DNA of 64,000 bases from the NCBI GenBank assembly GCA_934154785.1, contig CAKPGL010000001.1, positions 266,814 through 330,813 of the forward strand, read 5' to 3'. Origin of the DNA: an uncultured Bacilli bacterium. GTDB taxonomy: Bacteria; Bacillota_I; Bacilli_A; RF39; UBA660. Position numbers and translations under genes: made by a program. The notes under the pieces were generated by a model. That model worked only from the letters and a program-made list of their open reading frames with translations, was not told the origin of the DNA and ran no database searches. Within the stretch, counting starts at the first letter, position 1. Each line of letters starts with the position of its first letter. This document shows, piece after piece, positions 49,335 through 59,408 of this stretch.

Positions 49335-51842
49335 ATGAATAAAGTTATAAAGAAAATAGTGTTCACTTGCTTTTTAGTTGTGTCTATCTTTTTTTCTGTA
49401 ACGGGAGTAAAAGCTAACGATATTAGTAGAATAGATATGGATATATATATTGACGCTAATGGTAATGCAACAGTAACAGAAGTGTGGAAGGCATACTTAA
49501 ATAGTGGTACTCAAGGCTATAAAAAATATTCAGAACTTGGTAATTCATCTATATCTAATTTTATTGTTAGTGATGATAGTGGACAAGAATATGAATCCTT
49601 ACCTAGTTGGAATGTTAATGCAAGTTTTAATAGTAAAGCTTACAAAAGCGGAATAAATGAAATATCTGATGGCGTTGAACTATGTTGGGGAATATCAAAT
49701 TATGGAAATAGGCAATATACATTAAAATATAATATCAGTAATTTTGTAAAGCAATATACTGATACACAGGGTATATATACTAATTTCCTTGATTTAGATC
49801 TATCTGTTTCAAAGGTCACAGTAACAATACGTTCAGATATAAAGTTCTCATTAGAAAATTCTAGAATCTGGGCTTTTGGGTACAATGGAACAATCAATTT
49901 TGTAGACGGAAAAATAGTTTTAGATTCGGGTGGAAATCTAAGTAAACAACAATATATGGTTGGTTTAGTTAGGTTTAATAGTAACATATTCGACACAACC
50001 AATAAAGTAAATAAATCGTTTGATGAAGATTATAATTCCGCTATGAAGGATGTTGATAAAGGCGAATATACTTCTAAAAACTCAATTAAATCTATTGATA
50101 TGGATGTATATATTGATGCCAGTGGTAATGCAACAGTAACAGAAACATGGAAAACATATTTAAATGAAGGTACAGAAGGTTATAGAAAATATACTAAACT
50201 TGGTAATTCATCTATATCTAATTTTACTGTTAGTGATGATAGTGGACAAGAATATGAATCCTTACCTAGTTGGAATGTTAATGCAAGTTTTAATAGTAAA
50301 GCTTACAAAAGCGGAATAAATGAAATATCTGATGGCGTTGAACTATGTTGGGGAATATCAAATTATGGAAATAGGCAATATACATTAAAATATAATATCA
50401 GTAATTTTGTAAAGCAATATACTGATACACAGGGTATATATACTAATTTCCTTGATTTAGATCTATCTGTTTCAAAGGTCACAGTAACAATACGTTCAGA
50501 TATAAAGTTCTCATTAGAAAATTCTAGAATCTGGGCTTTTGGGTACAATGGAACAATCAATTTTGTAGACGGAAAAATAGTTTTAGATTCGGGTGGAAAT
50601 CTAAGTAAACAACAATATATGGTTGGTTTAGTTAGGTTTAATAGTAACATATTCGACACAACCAATAAAGTAAATAAATCGTTTGATGAAGATTATAATT
50701 CCGCTATGAAGGATGTTTCAGATTCCAGTGGAAATAATAATTCTAGTTTAAATTCCAAACCTCGAAAAAAGTATAACATTTTGAATTTCTTGTTAAGCCC
50801 TAATGCTTTATTTATAATACCTGCAATATTGTGGATAATATTTGATATACTAGGAAAGAAAAAAGGTAAAACTTGGGTTTGGGGTTCTAAGAGAAAATCA
50901 GGAGAATTGAATTTTGGACAATATGGAAGAACTTTGCCAAGTGATACTCAAATAAATTATTGGAGAGAAATACCTTGCAACAAGGATTTAGAAAGAGCCT
51001 ACTGGGTATGCTATCAATATAGTGTTGTTTCTGACGAAACATTAGAGCAAGGAATTATTGGTGCTATTTTATTAAAATGGATCAAAAATGGTTATGTTAC
51101 GGTTTCAAAAACAAAAAAAGGTTTATTCAGTTTTAAAGATAATAACTATGCTATTAACTTTAAAAATATGACACACGCAGATAACGAAATAGAAAATGAA
51201 CTATTTGATATGCTAGTATCTGCTTCAGGATTTAATAGAATACTAGAGGCTAAAGAGTTTTCAAAATGGAGTAAAAAGAATTATCAAAAAGTTAATTCTT
51301 GGTTTTCAAACATAATATATGAAGAACAAAGCAACCTAGAGCAACAAGGTTTAATAACTAGTAAAACAGAAGAAACTGCTGGTATGTTTGGAAGTACCAG
51401 AACTATTATTGTTAAAAATGTTAATCCACAGTTAAGAGAAGATGCAATACAAATGAAAGGATTAAAAAAATTTTTGCTTGACTTTAGTATGATGCCAGAA
51501 AGACCGTATTTTGAAGTACACATTTGGGAAGAATATTTGATATTTGCTCAATTATTAGGTATTGCTGATAAAGTTGAAGAGCAATTTAGTAAATTATATC
51601 CAAATTTTGATCAGGTATCATTACTTAATACAGCAGTAACAACGGTTGTTATTAGAAATATGAGTGAAATATGTTATGAAGGAGTCCAATATGGTGTTGC
51701 ACGAGCAGCTGAAAGAGCAAGACGAGAAAGCTTATTTTCTAATGATTATAGTGGCTCTGACAGAGATTCCGGTGGCGGAGGTAGCAGTTATGATAGTGGT
51801 GGTAGTTCCGCTGGTGGTTCATCTGGTGGTGGATTTAGATAA
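49335..51842 (+). CDS. DUF2207-family membrane protein with tandemly duplicated N-terminal extracellular domain and Gly/Ser-rich C-tail
   Basis: Signal peptide, two about 221-aa repeated domains, TM segment ALFIIPAILWIIFDIL, C-terminal GGGGSSYDSGGSSAGGSSGGGFR characteristic of DUF2207 proteins. Confidence 0.55.
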   Translation: MNKVIKKIVFTCFLVVSIFFSVTGVKANDISRIDMDIYIDANGNATVTEVWKAYLNSGTQGYKKYSELGNSSISNFIVSDDSGQEYESLPSWNVNASFNSKAYKSGINEISDGVELCWGISNYGNRQYTLKYNISNFVKQYTDTQGIYTNFLDLDLSVSKVTVTIRSDIKFSLENSRIWAFGYNGTINFVDGKIVLDSGGNLSKQQYMVGLVRFNSNIFDTTNKVNKSFDEDYNSAMKDVDKGEYTSKNSIKSIDMDVYIDASGNATVTETWKTYLNEGTEGYRKYTKLGNSSISNFTVSDDSGQEYESLPSWNVNASFNSKAYKSGINEISDGVELCWGISNYGNRQYTLKYNISNFVKQYTDTQGIYTNFLDLDLSVSKVTVTIRSDIKFSLENSRIWAFGYNGTINFVDGKIVLDSGGNLSKQQYMVGLVRFNSNIFDTTNKVNKSFDEDYNSAMKDVSDSSGNNNSSLNSKPRKKYNILNFLLSPNALFIIPAILWIIFDILGKKKGKTWVWGSKRKSGELNFGQYGRTLPSDTQINYWREIPCNKDLERAYWVCYQYSVVSDETLEQGIIGAILLKWIKNGYVTVSKTKKGLFSFKDNNYAINFKNMTHADNEIENELFDMLVSASGFNRILEAKEFSKWSKKNYQKVNSWFSNIIYEEQSNLEQQGLITSKTEETAGMFGSTRTIIVKNVNPQLREDAIQMKGLKKFLLDFSMMPERPYFEVHIWEEYLIFAQLLGIADKVEEQFSKLYPNFDQVSLLNTAVTTVVIRNMSEICYEGVQYGVARAAERARRESLFSNDYSGSDRDSGGGGSSYDSGGSSAGGSSGGGFR
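49422..50747 (+). repeat. near-perfect tandem duplication, 2 x 663 bp, inside the DUF2207 gene
   Basis: Copy 1 at 49422-50084, copy 2 at 50085-50747. Identical antisense ORFs at 49700-50002 and 50363-50665 show that at least about 300 nt, and probably about 490 nt, are identical. The encoded domains differ only in the first ~45 residues. Confidence 0.85.
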
Positions 51843-51904
51843 TGATTATTTTCATAAAAATATTCTAAAAGGTAATTTCTAAAATATCAAGATTGGGTTA
51901 TTGA

Positions 51905-51941
51905 AGTAAGTGAATTTAATAGTATTTCACTTACTTTTTTT
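51905..51941 (+). terminator. rho-independent terminator after the DUF2207 gene
   Basis: AGTAAGTGAA-loop-TTCACTTACT followed by a T7 run. A second hairpin on the minus strand (about 51981-52020) serves the convergent gene. Confidence 0.6.
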
Positions 51942-52043
51942 GTATAGTTATCTTATGTTGAACAAAAGTATGGAATATCTCAGTAAAAGGAAAATAAAAA
52001 AGTTAGCGTTTTTACGCCAACTTGAAATATTAATATCATTTAT

Positions 52044-52952
52044 TTATGCAAAATGTTTTCCTACAGTTTCACTTGTGTAATTCTTGTCAAGTTCAGGATT
52101 ATAATAATAATTTTCTCTGCCTACTGCCAATTTTTTTAATCCTTCTCTTACTTTAGGATCACTTTCTCTTTGAATCATTGCATCTATTTGTTCTGATGAT
52201 AGAGTAGGAATAACTACAGGCATTGGGTGTTCGTATCCACCTATTTGTTTCATATTTTTTAATCCATGTTCTTGATTTAATGGAACAATATATGAAAATT
52301 TTTCACCGTTTACGTTATTTTCGTAAGTATAGTATGCTGTATCTAACATGTCTCTTCTAAATGAACGCTTTGTTTTGAAATAGTTAGAAGGAGAATTTAA
52401 ACCTTGTCTTGCCGCAAAAAGCATAGAGCCTACATTTATTGATTTAATATCATCAGCTAATTCAAGTTGTGGAAAAGTTACTTCTTCTTTTAATTGCATA
52501 ATACCGTCTTTTGTAAAAATAAATTTTTCTGCATTAGTGAAGTTATCACATTTTCCAACCTTAGAATTAACATTATTTACTAAAGAATGGTTTTTTATCA
52601 ATGTAATATCACCATTATCATTAATGCTTGCTGTATTTTCTTGTGCTATTTTTTCTGTAGTAACAAGACCATCTAAAGTTTCCTTTTTATCAAGAGTTAT
52701 ACAATTAAGTACTTGAGGTTGATAACTACTTATAATCATAGAATGTTTTGTAGAATCGTTAGAATTCCAGTTGAAGATAATTTTACCTTCTTCTTTTTGA
52801 ACTGCTATACTATTAGCATTTTGAAACCAACGTATATAATTTTCTAGTATTTCATTGAATGCTGGATTTTCTTTAAACTTTGAATCAATTCCTAAATTAA
52901 ATATTTCTTTTTCAAGATTATTTATCACATCTGTTTTATCGTAATAGTTCAT
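52044..52952 (-). CDS. hypothetical protein
   Basis: 302-aa ORF, no recognisable motifs. Has its own terminator hairpin GTTGGCG-taaaaa-CGCTAAC followed by a T-run on the minus strand. Confidence 0.35.
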   Translation of the reverse strand: MNYYDKTDVINNLEKEIFNLGIDSKFKENPAFNEILENYIRWFQNANSIAVQKEEGKIIFNWNSNDSTKHSMIISSYQPQVLNCITLDKKETLDGLVTTEKIAQENTASINDNGDITLIKNHSLVNNVNSKVGKCDNFTNAEKFIFTKDGIMQLKEEVTFPQLELADDIKSINVGSMLFAARQGLNSPSNYFKTKRSFRRDMLDTAYYTYENNVNGEKFSYIVPLNQEHGLKNMKQIGGYEHPMPVVIPTLSSEQIDAMIQRESDPKVREGLKKLAVGRENYYYNPELDKNYTSETVGKHFA

Positions 52953-53192
52953 TTTTTGTCATCTCCTATAGTATCATTATACTATATCAAATTATTTGTT
53001 GGCAAGTAAAACTTAAAATTATAAAAAAGATCGTATAGTTATTTAATTATACTAAAAATGTATTCTTTTTCGTTGATAATCTTGTAAAAGGCTATACAAA
53101 TGCCTTTTTTTATGCTATACTTAATGTGTGTTGAACAAATTAGAGTGGGTAACCCCACTCTTTAGTTTAGTTATTAGTAAGGAGGAATTGTT

Positions 53193-53450
53193 GTGGAAGA
53201 GAAAATTAAGTCTTTATTAGAACCAATAATTAAAGAAAATGGTTATATCTTAGACTCTGTAGTTTTTGAAAAAGAGGGAAGTACTAATTTTCTTAGAATT
53301 GTAATTGATAAACAAGGTTTTATTAATGTTGATGATTGCGTTACAGTATGTAATTTAATAAATCCAATTCTAGATGAATATGATCCTATTGAAGAAAACT
53401 ATATGTTAGATGTTTGTTCAAAAGAAAAAGGAAGTGATATAGATGAATAG
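53193..53450 (+). CDS. rimP: ribosome maturation factor RimP, N-terminal domain only (85 aa)
   Basis: LRIVIDKQGFINVDDCVTVCNLINPILDEYDPIEENYMLDVCSKEKG matches the RimP N-domain. Ends early, overlapping the nusA start. Confidence 0.6.
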   Translation: MEEKIKSLLEPIIKENGYILDSVVFEKEGSTNFLRIVIDKQGFINVDDCVTVCNLINPILDEYDPIEENYMLDVCSKEKGSDIDE

Positions 53451-54621
53451 TAAAGAATTTAAGACTGCTTTAGATTTAATAGTAAAAGAAAAAGGAATAG
53501 AGAAAAGTGTTATATTAGAAGCAATGGAATTAGCATTAACCTCAGCTTATAAAAAGAATTATCATTCATTATCAAACGTACGTGTTGATGTAAATGGTGA
53601 CACTGGTGAAATTCATGTTTATTCTTTTAAAACAGTAGTTCCTGATAATTATGAAGAATTAGAAGAATGGGATTTATTAGAGAAAAAAGAAGAAGAAAAA
53701 GAGAAACAAGAAGTAAAAGATAATGATGAAGAAACTGAAGAAGAAGAAAAAGAACCATTTATTTTTGATGAGAGAATTCATATTCCACTTACAGAAGCAC
53801 GTGCTATAGTACCAAATATTGAAGTTGGTGAAACAATTGAAGAAGAAGTTACTCCAAAAGATTTTGGTCGTGTAGCAGCTTCTACTGCTAAACAAGTTGT
53901 TGTTCAAAAAATTAGAGAAGCAGAAAGAAACGCTATTGTTGAAGAATTTAGTGATAAACAAGATGAGATGGTTTCTGGTACAGTAGAAATGGAAGATGTA
54001 CGTAATTACTATATTAATTTAGGTAGAACACAAGGTATTTTACCTAAAACTGAAACTATACCTGGTGAAACTATTAAGATGGGTTCTAATATAAAAGTAT
54101 ATATTAGTAAAGTTGAAAATGGTTCTAAAGGTCCACTTATTCTACTTTCAAGAAATCATTATGGCTTTGTAAAAAGATTGCTTGAACTTGAAATACCAGA
54201 AATAAATGATGGAACTATCTTAGTATATAGTGTTGCTAGAGATGCTGGTAATCGTAGTAAGGTAGCAGTTTATTCTGAAAACCCTAATGTTGATCCTGTA
54301 GGGGCTTGTATTGGTGAAAAAGGAATGCGTATTGCTAATATTTTAAAAGAATTAGGTGGCGAAAAACTAGACATTGTAAACTATGATAAAGATGCTAGTA
54401 AATTTATTGCTAATGCTTTAAGTCCTGCTAAAGATGTCCACGTATTTATTACTAATGAAAAAGACCATGAAGCTTTAGTTGTTGTTAATAATGATAACTT
54501 ATCTCTTGCTATTGGTAAAAAAGGTATGAATGTACGTCTTGCAGCACGTTTAACACATTATAAATTAGATGTTAAAACTTTCGAACAAGCTCGTGAAGCT
54601 GGTATTAATATAGTAGAATAG
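53443..54621 (+). CDS. nusA: transcription termination/antitermination factor NusA
   Basis: Characteristic NusA N-terminus (MNSKEFKTALDLIVKEKGIEKSVILEAMELAL), S1 and two KH regions. Acidic insertion EEEKEKQEVKDNDEETEEEEKE. 392 aa. Confidence 0.9.
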   Translation: MNSKEFKTALDLIVKEKGIEKSVILEAMELALTSAYKKNYHSLSNVRVDVNGDTGEIHVYSFKTVVPDNYEELEEWDLLEKKEEEKEKQEVKDNDEETEEEEKEPFIFDERIHIPLTEARAIVPNIEVGETIEEEVTPKDFGRVAASTAKQVVVQKIREAERNAIVEEFSDKQDEMVSGTVEMEDVRNYYINLGRTQGILPKTETIPGETIKMGSNIKVYISKVENGSKGPLILLSRNHYGFVKRLLELEIPEINDGTILVYSVARDAGNRSKVAVYSENPNVDPVGACIGEKGMRIANILKELGGEKLDIVNYDKDASKFIANALSPAKDVHVFITNEKDHEALVVVNNDNLSLAIGKKGMNVRLAARLTHYKLDVKTFEQAREAGINIVE

Positions 54622-54629
54622 GTGATTCT

Positions 54630-54887
54630 ATGAAGGTAAAAAAAATACCAATGCGTACTTGTATTGTTACTCGTGAAAAATTACCTAAAGGACAATTAGT
54701 TCGTGTAGTTAGAACACCAGAAGGTACGGTTGTAATTGATACAACTGGTAGAACTAATGGACGAGGAGCATACTTAAAAAAAGATTTACAAGTTATTGAA
54801 AAAGCTATGACATCTAAAGTATTAAATAGAGCATTAGAAACAGAAGTTCCTAGTGAAATATTTGAGCAGTTAAAAGAATTAGTTTAA
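54630..54887 (+). CDS. ylxR: YlxR-family RNA-binding protein (DUF448)
   Basis: [22 protein letters not shown] and GRGAYL signature. Position downstream of nusA. Confidence 0.75.
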   Translation: MKVKKIPMRTCIVTREKLPKGQLVRVVRTPEGTVVIDTTGRTNGRGAYLKKDLQVIEKAMTSKVLNRALETEVPSEIFEQLKELV

Positions 54888-54910
54888 TAAAGATAGAACG
54901 GGGTAGTACA

Positions 54911-55390
54911 ATGAAAAGAAAAGAATATATTAGTTGGGATGAATATTTTATGGGTGTTGCTCTTTTAGCAGCAGAACGTAGTAAAGATCCTTCTACTCAG
55001 GTTGGAGCGTGTATTGTCAGTACAGATAATAAGATAGTTTCTACTGGTTATAATGGAGCTCCACGTGGTTACGATGATGATGAATGTATGTGTTGGGAAC
55101 GAGAAGGGAATTTCTTAGATACTAAGTATGCTTATGTTTGTCATGCCGAGTTAAATGCTATACTAAATTCACCACATTCTGTAAATGGTTGTAAAATATA
55201 TGTTGCATTATTCCCTTGTAATGAATGTGCTAAAGCAATTATTCAATCAGGAATAAAAGAGATAATTTATATGGATGATAAATACGCCAAAACAGATGGT
55301 GTAATTGCATCTAAAAAGATGTTAGATGCTTGTGGTGTAACTTATCGTAAGTATGAATCTAAAGGAAAAACACTAAAATTAAACTTATAA
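54911..55390 (+). CDS. dCMP deaminase (ComEB/cytidine-deaminase fold zinc enzyme)
   Basis: HAELNAI and PCNECAKAI zinc-binding motifs. 159 aa. Confidence 0.8.
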   Translation: MKRKEYISWDEYFMGVALLAAERSKDPSTQVGACIVSTDNKIVSTGYNGAPRGYDDDECMCWEREGNFLDTKYAYVCHAELNAILNSPHSVNGCKIYVALFPCNECAKAIIQSGIKEIIYMDDKYAKTDGVIASKKMLDACGVTYRKYESKGKTLKLNL

Positions 55391-55476
55391 TTTGTCTATT
55401 GATAAATATAATAAAACCTTGCTTGTAGTGTATACTATATAGTAAGTGATAAAATTAAAGAAAAGAGGTGCATATT

Positions 55477-57600
55477 ATGATGACAGTTTTAGAATATGCA
55501 GAAGATGTAAACAAAACTGTAGATTATGTGTTAAAAAAATGTCAAACTTTAGGAATAAATGTTTCTAATGATGATGATTTATTAAGTGATGAAGATATTA
55601 CTATTTTAGATAGTGAGATAAATAATGAGTCAGAAATTGATAGTTATGAAGATAATATTAATGATGACGATTATGAAGAAATAGTTGAAGAAATAGTAGA
55701 AAACACTAAGATTGATATTGATAACACAATTGCTAAACAAAAATTAAAAAAGAAAAACAATAATCAAAATAGTACAAAAAAGGATTTTGCTAACAAAAAG
55801 AAGCAAATGTATAAACATAAAGAAAAACTTATGTCAAATAAAACTAAAGAAGATAGTAATGTTGTTTTATATAAAGATGATATGACTATTGGTTCTTTAG
55901 CGGAATCTCTAGGTATTAGTAGTGCAGAAATAATAAAGAAATTATTCAATTTAGGTGTAATGGCTACTATTAATCAACCTATTAGTTTTGAGAATGCCGA
56001 AATATTAGTACTTGATTATGGTAAAGAATTAAAAAAAGAAGAAACTATGGATGTAAGTAATTTTGAATCTTACGAAGTAGTTGATGATGAAGAATATTTA
56101 GTAAGTAGACCACCAGTAGTAACAATAATGGGACATGTAGACCATGGTAAAACTACCTTACTAGATACTATTAGAAAAACTAATGTAGCGGATGGTGAAG
56201 CCGGTGGTATTACACAAGCAATTAGTGCTTATCAAGTTAAATATAATGATAAACTAATTACATTTATTGATACTCCAGGACATGCTGCATTTACAGAAAT
56301 GCGTGCTAGAGGTGCTAGTATTACAGATATTATTATAATAATAGTTGCGGCTGATGATGGTGTAATGCCTCAGACAAAAGAAGTTATTGATCATGCTAAG
56401 GCTGCTAAAGTACCAATTATTGTTGCTATTAATAAAATGGATAAGCCTGGTGCTAATCCAGATTGTATTATGACAGAACTTACTGAGTATGGTCTTACTC
56501 CAGAAGAATGGGGTGGAGATACTTTATATAATAAGATATCTGCTAAAAGTGGTGCTGGTGTTAATGAACTACTAGAAAATATCTTATTAATTGCGGATAT
56601 GGAAAATTATCGTGCTAATCCAAGCCGTTATGCTCTAGGTACTGTAATTGAATCTCGTCTTGATAAACAAGTGGGACCAGTTGTAACATTACTTGTTCAA
56701 AATGGTACACTTCGTTTAGGAGATCCAATTGTGGTTGGTACAGCATTTGGTAAAATAAGAACTTTAAAAAATGATAAAGGTGAAGAAATTACTATGGCTT
56801 TACCTAGTCAACCAATTGAAATTACTGGTATTAATGCGGTTCCTACTGCTGGAGATAAGTTTATGGCTTTTGAATCTGAAAAAGAAGCTCGTGCCGTTGC
56901 GGAAGAAAGAAAAGATAATTTACGTAAGAAAGAAAATGCTAGTAAAACTTCTGTTAGTTTAGATGATTTATTCTCTAAAATTCAAGAAGGTGTTAAAGAG
57001 ATTAACGTTCTGATTAAAGCCGATGTTAATGGTAGTAGTGAAGCAGTTAAAAATTCTTTAGAGAAGATTGAAGTAGAAGGCGTTAAAGTTAATGTTATTC
57101 GTAGTAGTGTTGGTGCTATTACCGAAAGTGACATTGTTTTAGCAAAAGCTTCTAATGCTCTTATTATAGGATTTAATGTTAGACCATCAAATAGTATTAA
57201 AGATTACGCTAATGAGCAAGGTGTAGAAATTAGATTATATAATATTATTTATAAAGCAGTTGAAGAAATGGAAGCTGCTATGAAAGGTATGCTTGATCCT
57301 GTATTTGAAGAAAAAGTATTAGGTACAGCAGAAGTAAGACAATTATTTAAATTTTCTAAAGTTGGAACTATTGCTGGTTCTTATATAACAGAAGGTCTTA
57401 TCAAAAATAATAGTAAGGCTCGTGTAATTCGTGATGGCGTCGTTATATATGATGGCGAAATTGGTTCATTACAACGTGAAAAAGATTCTGTTAAAGAAGT
57501 TAAAAAAGGTTTAGAGTGCGGAATAACTATTGAAAATTATTCTGATATTAAAGTTGGCGATGTCATTGAAGCTTATGAAATGGTAGAAGTAAAAGCGTAA
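55477..57600 (+). CDS. infB: translation initiation factor IF-2
   Basis: GAGGTG RBS then ATG 55477. [21 protein letters not shown] GTPase motifs. Acidic N-terminal region. Confidence 0.9.
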   Translation: MMTVLEYAEDVNKTVDYVLKKCQTLGINVSNDDDLLSDEDITILDSEINNESEIDSYEDNINDDDYEEIVEEIVENTKIDIDNTIAKQKLKKKNNNQNSTKKDFANKKKQMYKHKEKLMSNKTKEDSNVVLYKDDMTIGSLAESLGISSAEIIKKLFNLGVMATINQPISFENAEILVLDYGKELKKEETMDVSNFESYEVVDDEEYLVSRPPVVTIMGHVDHGKTTLLDTIRKTNVADGEAGGITQAISAYQVKYNDKLITFIDTPGHAAFTEMRARGASITDIIIIIVAADDGVMPQTKEVIDHAKAAKVPIIVAINKMDKPGANPDCIMTELTEYGLTPEEWGGDTLYNKISAKSGAGVNELLENILLIADMENYRANPSRYALGTVIESRLDKQVGPVVTLLVQNGTLRLGDPIVVGTAFGKIRTLKNDKGEEITMALPSQPIEITGINAVPTAGDKFMAFESEKEARAVAEERKDNLRKKENASKTSVSLDDLFSKIQEGVKEINVLIKADVNGSSEAVKNSLEKIEVEGVKVNVIRSSVGAITESDIVLAKASNALIIGFNVRPSNSIKDYANEQGVEIRLYNIIYKAVEEMEAAMKGMLDPVFEEKVLGTAEVRQLFKFSKVGTIAGSYITEGLIKNNSKARVIRDGVVIYDGEIGSLQREKDSVKEVKKGLECGITIENYSDIKVGDVIEAYEMVEVKA

Positions 57601-57601
57601 T

Positions 57602-57946
57602 ATGAGTATTAAAATTGATAGAATAGGTAGTAACCTAGTAAAAGAAATTAGTTATATTTTAGCTATGGAAATAAAAGATCCAGATATTAAGTTTGTAACT
57701 ATTACAGATTGTAAAGTAACTAATGACTTAAGTTTTGCTAAGGTATACTATACAGTATTAGATATGTCTCGCCAAAAAGAAACAGATAAAGCTTTAAAAA
57801 ATGCTAGTGGATATATTAGACATTTATTGCATGATAGAGTTGACATTCGTCATATACCAGAATTAACATTTGTATTTGATGAATCAATTGCGTATGGTAA
57901 AAAAATAGAAGATATAATAGAAGAAATTCACGAAGATAATAATTAA
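57602..57946 (+). CDS. rbfA: ribosome-binding factor A
   Basis: 114 aa. Located immediately after infB. KH-like RbfA pattern. Confidence 0.75.
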   Translation: MSIKIDRIGSNLVKEISYILAMEIKDPDIKFVTITDCKVTNDLSFAKVYYTVLDMSRQKETDKALKNASGYIRHLLHDRVDIRHIPELTFVFDESIAYGKKIEDIIEEIHEDNN

Positions 57947-57978
57947 TATAATAAAGGAATTGCTAAGGCGATTCCTTT

Positions 57979-58007
57979 TTTGACAAATTAAGAAATTAAT
58001 ACTATAA
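57979..58007 (+). promoter_or_regulatory. perfect-consensus sigma-A promoter
   Basis: TTGACA-17-TATAAT directly after the rbfA terminator hairpin (57952-57980). Confidence 0.55.
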
Positions 58008-58036
58008 TATAACATCGTTGAAAAGAGGGAACAACG

Positions 58037-58627
58037 ATGTTTAAAATAAAGAAATTAACACTAAATAATAATACTTTATTTATTACTGATAGGCATGGTA
58101 AGGTTTATAGTACGAATATAAATAATTCTAATATTTCTAGTTTATTACCATTAGCAAGTAATAGAAGTGCTAGTATTGATAAAAATATTAAATATATGAA
58201 TAAATATTTTAAGGTAGCAATGTCTTGTGTGGCAATCTGTGCGATAGGAGCGCTAACACCAGTAATACTTGGTAAATATTGTGCTGAAGCATTTGTATTA
58301 ATGTTTGGTGGGCTTGGTATGGCTAGTCTTTCTCTAGCAGTAGCAAGTAAAATTTATAAAAAATGGTTAAAAAAGTATTCCATTAGTAATGAATATTGGG
58401 AACAAATATATAATTTATTAACAAATAAAACAACATATGAAAGTACTAAAAGTAATAGTATTAATTATAGTAATTCATATAATAACTCTTATAGTATAAA
58501 TAACAGTTATAAAAAAGGAACATCAAAGATTGATGATTCTAATGAATGCACTTATAGTTATAGTAAAAATCAAATTATTCAAGATTATGATGAAAAAGCC
58601 AAAGTTAAAACATATAAAAGATATTGA
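58037..58627 (+). CDS. hypothetical membrane protein, Asn/Ser/Tyr-rich C-terminus
   Basis: 196 aa. Two central TM helices. Low-complexity NSYSINNSY tail. Confidence 0.3.
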   Translation: MFKIKKLTLNNNTLFITDRHGKVYSTNINNSNISSLLPLASNRSASIDKNIKYMNKYFKVAMSCVAICAIGALTPVILGKYCAEAFVLMFGGLGMASLSLAVASKIYKKWLKKYSISNEYWEQIYNLLTNKTTYESTKSNSINYSNSYNNSYSINNSYKKGTSKIDDSNECTYSYSKNQIIQDYDEKAKVKTYKRY

Positions 58628-58660
58628 AAAAAGTATTATTTATGATATAATACTTTTAAC

Positions 58661-59002
58661 GGGGCTGTTCAGGTTTCGACAGATATAGATGACTATGAAT
58701 TGCAAGTCGAAGGTACGCGTTAAGTACAAAAAATAATAACTGGAAACAGAAATCAATTAGCTTTCGCTTAATAGAAATTTAGAAGGCGCTTCTTATTATC
58801 ATTTTCTACGGGGTATTAAGAGGCTCGATTTAGTAGAATATATTTATACTAATGCTTATAGGTATAAATGAATAACATAAGCTAACTAATTTATTGGTTG
58901 TTGATTACTTTATAAATTAGAACATTTATTAATCAACTAAACTTGTAGATATTTATAGAAAGATATATTTGGACAGGAGTTCAATTCTCCTCAGCTCCAC
59001 CA
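58661..59002 (+). ncRNA. ssrA: tmRNA (SsrA)
   Basis: 5' end GGGGCTGTTCAGGTTTCGACAG. 3' tRNA-like end GGACAGGAGTTCAATTCTCCTCAGCTCCACCA. Internal tag reading frame ...ACU GGA AAC AGA AAU CAA UUA GCU UUC GCU UAA UAG gives a tag ending ...NRNQLAFA with a double stop. Confidence 0.9.
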
Positions 59003-59012
59003 ATTAGTTAGT

Positions 59013-59038
59013 AAAGCCTTATATTTCAAGGCTTTTTT
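59013..59038 (+). terminator. rho-independent terminator after ssrA
   Basis: AAAGCCTT-atatttc-AAGGCTTT followed by TTT. Confidence 0.65.
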
Positions 59039-59408
59039 ATTTATTTACAGTTACAAGCACACTTCTAAACGCACTTTTTATAATTTATTTAATATTTCAG
59101 TCATTTTATTAAACTCAGATTTAAACATATGAGTTTAAATATTTAAAGTAACAGAAGTGCTTCCATGTCCTAGATATTTTGATATTAAAACAGGTGTGAT
59201 ATCTTTTTAGTTAGAGACATTTTGTCTTCAACTTATTCTCTTGTTTGTTTCCATCAAATTAATAGCAAACATAATTATCAAAAACAATAGAAGATATGTT
59301 ATAATTTATATAGAGGATACTTTTACTTTAATTAATGAAACTTAATGTGAATTTAAAGTATTAAACAGTAATATATTTTATTTATATAATATAATTAAGT
59401 GTGGTGAT

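Noticed and set aside
49700-50665. Two identical 100-aa minus-strand ORFs (49700-50002 and 50363-50665)
   Set aside because: They are antisense artefacts of the 663-bp tandem duplication inside the DUF2207 gene. They are useful only as evidence of the repeat.
51664-51882. 72-aa ORF overlapping the 3' end of the DUF2207 gene, and 19332-19517 inside the glycoside-hydrolase-like gene
   Set aside because: Alternative-frame overlaps with hydrophobic low-complexity translation. No independent support.
59040-59408. Prophage or genomic island at the tmRNA 3' end
   Set aside because: No integrase, no recognisable att repeat and no phage genes. Only a HAD phosphatase follows. Kept as a low-interest note only.
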